Source: Acidimicrobiales bacterium
GTDB lineage: Bacteria; Actinomycetota; Acidimicrobiia; Acidimicrobiales; VFJN01
Reading direction: 5' to 3'
DNA: 64,000 bases
Assembly: GCA_030681555.1 (NCBI GenBank)
Contig: JAUXRW010000069.1
Span: 702-64,701 of the forward strand
The translations under genes and the position numbers were made by a program. Below, one piece after another: positions 61,531 through 64,000 of this stretch. The notes beneath the pieces are model-generated. The model was given only the letters and a program-made list of their open reading frames with translations. It had not been told where the DNA came from and did not search any database. Every line of letters begins with the position of its first letter. Position 1 is the stretch's first letter.

Positions 61531-63075
61531 ATGGCGGCGGTGCGCACGCTCGTGGTGCGCTGCAGCGACTGGCCGATCGTGGCGGCCGGACACGACCGCA
61601 GCGAGGCGGTCGCCGTGGTGCACGCCAACCGCGTGCTGGCCACCTCGCCGGCGGCCCGGGCCGCCGGGGTGGCCCGCCGCCAACGCCGCCGCGAGGCGCA
61701 GTCACACTGTCCGGCGCTGGTGGTGCTCGACCACGACCCGGCCCGGGACGCCCGGGCCTTCGAACCGATCGTCGCCGCCCTCGACGCCATCACCCCTCGT
61801 GTGGAGATCACGGTGCCGGGTCAGGTCGCCTTCCCCACCCGGGGGCCGTCGCGCTTCTTCGGCGGCGACGACGCCTTGGTCGAGCGCATCCTCGGCCTCG
61901 TGCCGGTGCCCTGCCGGGTCGGGGTGGCCGACGGGCCCTTCGCCGCTGCGCTCGCCGCCCGGACCGGCGAGCCGTGTCGGGTGGTGGCTCCCGGCGCCAC
62001 GCCGGCGTTCCTGGCCGAGCTCCCCCTCGCCGCCCTGGAGCAGCCCGACCTGGTGGACGTCCTCACCCGGCTGGGGATCCGCACGCTGGGCGCCCTCGCC
62101 GCCCTCCCCGCGCCCGACGTGCTCGCCCGCTTCGGCATCGCCGGGCAGCGGGCCTGGCGACTGGCCGGCGGCCTCGACGAGCACCCGCCGGCCACCGCCC
62201 CTCCGCCGCCCGATCTCACCGTCAGCGCCGAGCTCGACCCGCCCGCCGACACGGTCGCGCCCGCCGCCTTCGTGGCCCGGGGGCTGGCGGAGGAGCTGCA
62301 CCGGCGCCTGTGGGCGAGGGGCTCGGCCTGCACCAGGGTCGTGATCGGCGCCGAGACCGACCACGGCGAGCGCCTCGAGCGGGTGTGGCGGGCCGAGGGC
62401 GCGCTGACCGCAGCGGCCATGGCCGACCGCCTGCGCTGGCAGCTCGACGGCTGGATCGGCGGACCGGCGCGCCATCGTCCCACCGCCGGCATCAGTCGGT
62501 TGTGGCTGGCCCCCGACGAGGTCGTCCCTGCGGGCGGCCGCCAGCTCGGGTTCTGGGGCACCGACGTGGCCACCGGCGACCGTGCCGCCCGGGCGGTGGC
62601 CCGCGTCCGCGGTCTGCTGGGCGACGGCGCCGTCGCCATCCCCGAGTGGCGGGGCAGCCGCGACCCGGCCACGGCCATCGCCCTCGTGGACGTGGAGGCG
62701 GTCGACCTCACGGCCGATCGTGCCGGGGCCCACCGCGATCGGGTGGCCGGTCCCTGGCCGGGTCGGCTCCCCACCCCCTCGCCGGCACGGGTGCACGTAC
62801 CGCCGGTGCCGGCTGAGGTCGTGGACGAGCAGGGCCGGAGGGTCCAGGTGAGCGGCCGGGGCGCGCTCTCCGCGGCGCCGCACCGGCTGTCGGTGGACGG
62901 CGGGACGTGGCGCGAGGTGGCAGCGTGGGCGGGGCCGTGGCTGCTCGACGAGCGCTGGTGGGATGCGGCCCGGCACCGCCGCCGGGCCCGGCTGCAGCTC
63001 CTCGCGGCGGACGGTCAGGGGCGCGTTGTCACCATCGAAGCCGGCGCCTGGGCCGTCGAGGCCACCTACGACTGA
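61531..63075 (+). CDS. imuB: ImuB (Y-family polymerase-like, catalytically inactive type) SOS mutasome protein
   Basis: RTLVVRCSDWPIVAAG... N-terminus and FLAELPLAALEQPDLVDVLTRLGIRTLGALAALP HhH region. Confidence 0.85.
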   Translation: MAAVRTLVVRCSDWPIVAAGHDRSEAVAVVHANRVLATSPAARAAGVARRQRRREAQSHCPALVVLDHDPARDARAFEPIVAALDAITPRVEITVPGQVAFPTRGPSRFFGGDDALVERILGLVPVPCRVGVADGPFAAALAARTGEPCRVVAPGATPAFLAELPLAALEQPDLVDVLTRLGIRTLGALAALPAPDVLARFGIAGQRAWRLAGGLDEHPPATAPPPPDLTVSAELDPPADTVAPAAFVARGLAEELHRRLWARGSACTRVVIGAETDHGERLERVWRAEGALTAAAMADRLRWQLDGWIGGPARHRPTAGISRLWLAPDEVVPAGGRQLGFWGTDVATGDRAARAVARVRGLLGDGAVAIPEWRGSRDPATAIALVDVEAVDLTADRAGAHRDRVAGPWPGRLPTPSPARVHVPPVPAEVVDEQGRRVQVSGRGALSAAPHRLSVDGGTWREVAAWAGPWLLDERWWDAARHRRRARLQLLAADGQGRVVTIEAGAWAVEATYD

Positions 63076-64000
63076 GCGGGCGTGACCGCCGCCGCCTCGG
63101 CGCGCCGGCGGCTGAGCGACACCTGGGCGAACCACCCGCAGGCCGCGACGACTGCGGACGCTGCGAAGGCGCCGCGGTACGACGACAGCGCCACCACGAG
63201 GCCGAGGACCGGGGCGCCGAGTCCCTGGGACAGGTCGAAGAACAGCGAGAACGTCCCGACCGCGTGACTGCGCTCGTCCTCCGGGACCCCGGCCATGGCG
63301 GCCGAGAACAGCGCCGGGAAGAGGAGCGACATCCCGATCGCGATGCAGACCGCGCTCACCCACACCGCCGCCACCGACGCCCACGCCGCCAGCAGCAGGG
63401 CGCCGAGGCCCACGGCCACGAGGGCGATGCTCGACGCCGTCCGCCAGCCGAGCCGGTCGGGCAGACGGGCGCCCAGGATACGGATCACCAGCACGGTGCC
63501 GGCGTAGACCCCGAACACCGGACCGACGTCGTCGATGCCGACGTCCTCGCCGTACAGGGACAGGAAGGCCGAGAATCCCGCGAACGGGATGAGGCCGAGG
63601 AGCAGCACGAACCCTGGACCGAGGGCAGCTCGGTGGAGCAGGCCGGTGGGGCGGCGGGCGGGCGGGCCGGACAGCTTCGGCGTGCCCAGTCCGAGAACGG
63701 CCGCCAGGAGCGCGAACCCGGCGGCCGCTAACCACACGGCGTGGAAGCCGTAGGCCTCGGCCAGGCCCTCGCCGAGGGCGGGTCCGAGGGCGAGCCCGCC
63801 ATAGAGGGCGACGGAGAAGTACGAGGCCGCTTCGCCGCGCCGGTCGTCGGGAGCGAGGTCCTGGATGGCGGTGGCGGCCCCGACGAACACCGCCGCCTCA
63901 CCCAGGCCCGTCACGAGTCGGAGGGCGACGAGGGGCACGAGCGAATCGACCAGCGCGTAGGCTGCGACGCTGGCCGCCACCGCGAACGACCCGCCGCTCA
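63066..64000 (-). CDS. MFS transporter (5' end outside window)
   Basis: At least eight TM segments. The frame stays open to the window edge. It overlaps the imuB stop convergently by 10 nt. Confidence 0.8.
   Translation of the reverse strand, partial: SGGSFAVAASVAAYALVDSLVPLVALRLVTGLGEAAVFVGAATAIQDLAPDDRRGEAASYFSVALYGGLALGPALGEGLAEAYGFHAVWLAAAGFALLAAVLGLGTPKLSGPPARRPTGLLHRAALGPGFVLLLGLIPFAGFSAFLSLYGEDVGIDDVGPVFGVYAGTVLVIRILGARLPDRLGWRTASSIALVAVGLGALLLAAWASVAAVWVSAVCIAIGMSLLFPALFSAAMAGVPEDERSHAVGTFSLFFDLSQGLGAPVLGLVVALSSYRGAFAASAVVAACGWFAQVSLSRRRAEAAAVTPAQS

Noticed and set aside
1-64000. Search for rRNA, tRNA, CRISPR arrays, IS elements, integrases, prophage genes or classic defence genes.
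   Set aside because: None were seen by eye. There are no spaced direct-repeat arrays, no transposase, recombinase or nuclease-helicase-like ORFs, and no intergenic region with tRNA-like features. Dedicated tools (tRNAscan-SE, Infernal, ISEScan, DefenseFinder) were not run and could overturn this.

Overview
This is a high-GC, actinobacterial-type chromosomal segment. By eye it is about 70% G+C or more, with strong GC3 bias; this was not computed. It carries about 70 protein-coding genes on both strands.

I saw no rRNA, tRNA, CRISPR array, transposase, integrase or prophage signature.

Recognisable modules, in order:
- ABC1 kinase (partial), DoxX, hydrolase and a tandem-GNAT (MshD-like) gene.
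- A Liv-type branched-chain amino-acid ABC importer (SBP-livHMGF).
- A block of small metabolic and stress genes: PaaI thioesterase, aroK, SRPBCC, DinB/TIGR03086, DUF2237, a methyltransferase and VOC proteins.
- A CebR-like LacI regulator fused into a beta-glucoside/cellobiose ABC operon (SBP, two permeases, MsiK-like ATPase, GH1 beta-glucosidase).
- An Rpf resuscitation-promoting factor with a long leader.
- A run on the minus strand: PhoH2, DUF2993, DnaQ-like exonuclease and an FGGY-like protein.
- HIT, WS/DGAT, YqgE, a PIG-L deacetylase and CofC/FbiD.
- gpsA, a 529-aa hypothetical and a class III adenylate cyclase.
- PPK2, a large polytopic membrane protein and a GH38 alpha-mannosidase.
- A MacB-type ABC exporter with a peptidoglycan-binding adaptor.
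- RNase HII, an acyl-CoA dehydrogenase, an Nfu-like protein, an OYE flavin oxidoreductase and a tandem VOC protein.
- A LexA-boxed imuA'-imuB mutasome pair, then a partial MFS transporter.

I found no clear-cut new multi-gene system. The most notable observations are:
1. At least seven gene stubs sit between intact genes: amidohydrolase, SDR, LLM/F420 oxidoreductase, Baeyer-Villiger monooxygenase, acyl-CoA synthetase, histidine kinase and an HlyD-type adaptor. One is a head-to-head deletion scar.
2. A family of unusually AT-rich palindromes (core AGAAC-N2-GTTCT, KstR/TetR-operator-like) occurs at three loci. Two of them are orphaned next to stop codons or gene stubs.
3. A perfect actinobacterial SOS box lies inside the longest imuA' ORF, which forces a start-codon revision.
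4. An ABC substrate-binding lipoprotein has no canonical start codon near its signal peptide.
5. An FGGY-family protein has degenerate ATP-binding motifs.

All functional calls rest on by-eye motif and family recognition of the translated ORFs. No database search, HMM or covariance-model run was possible.
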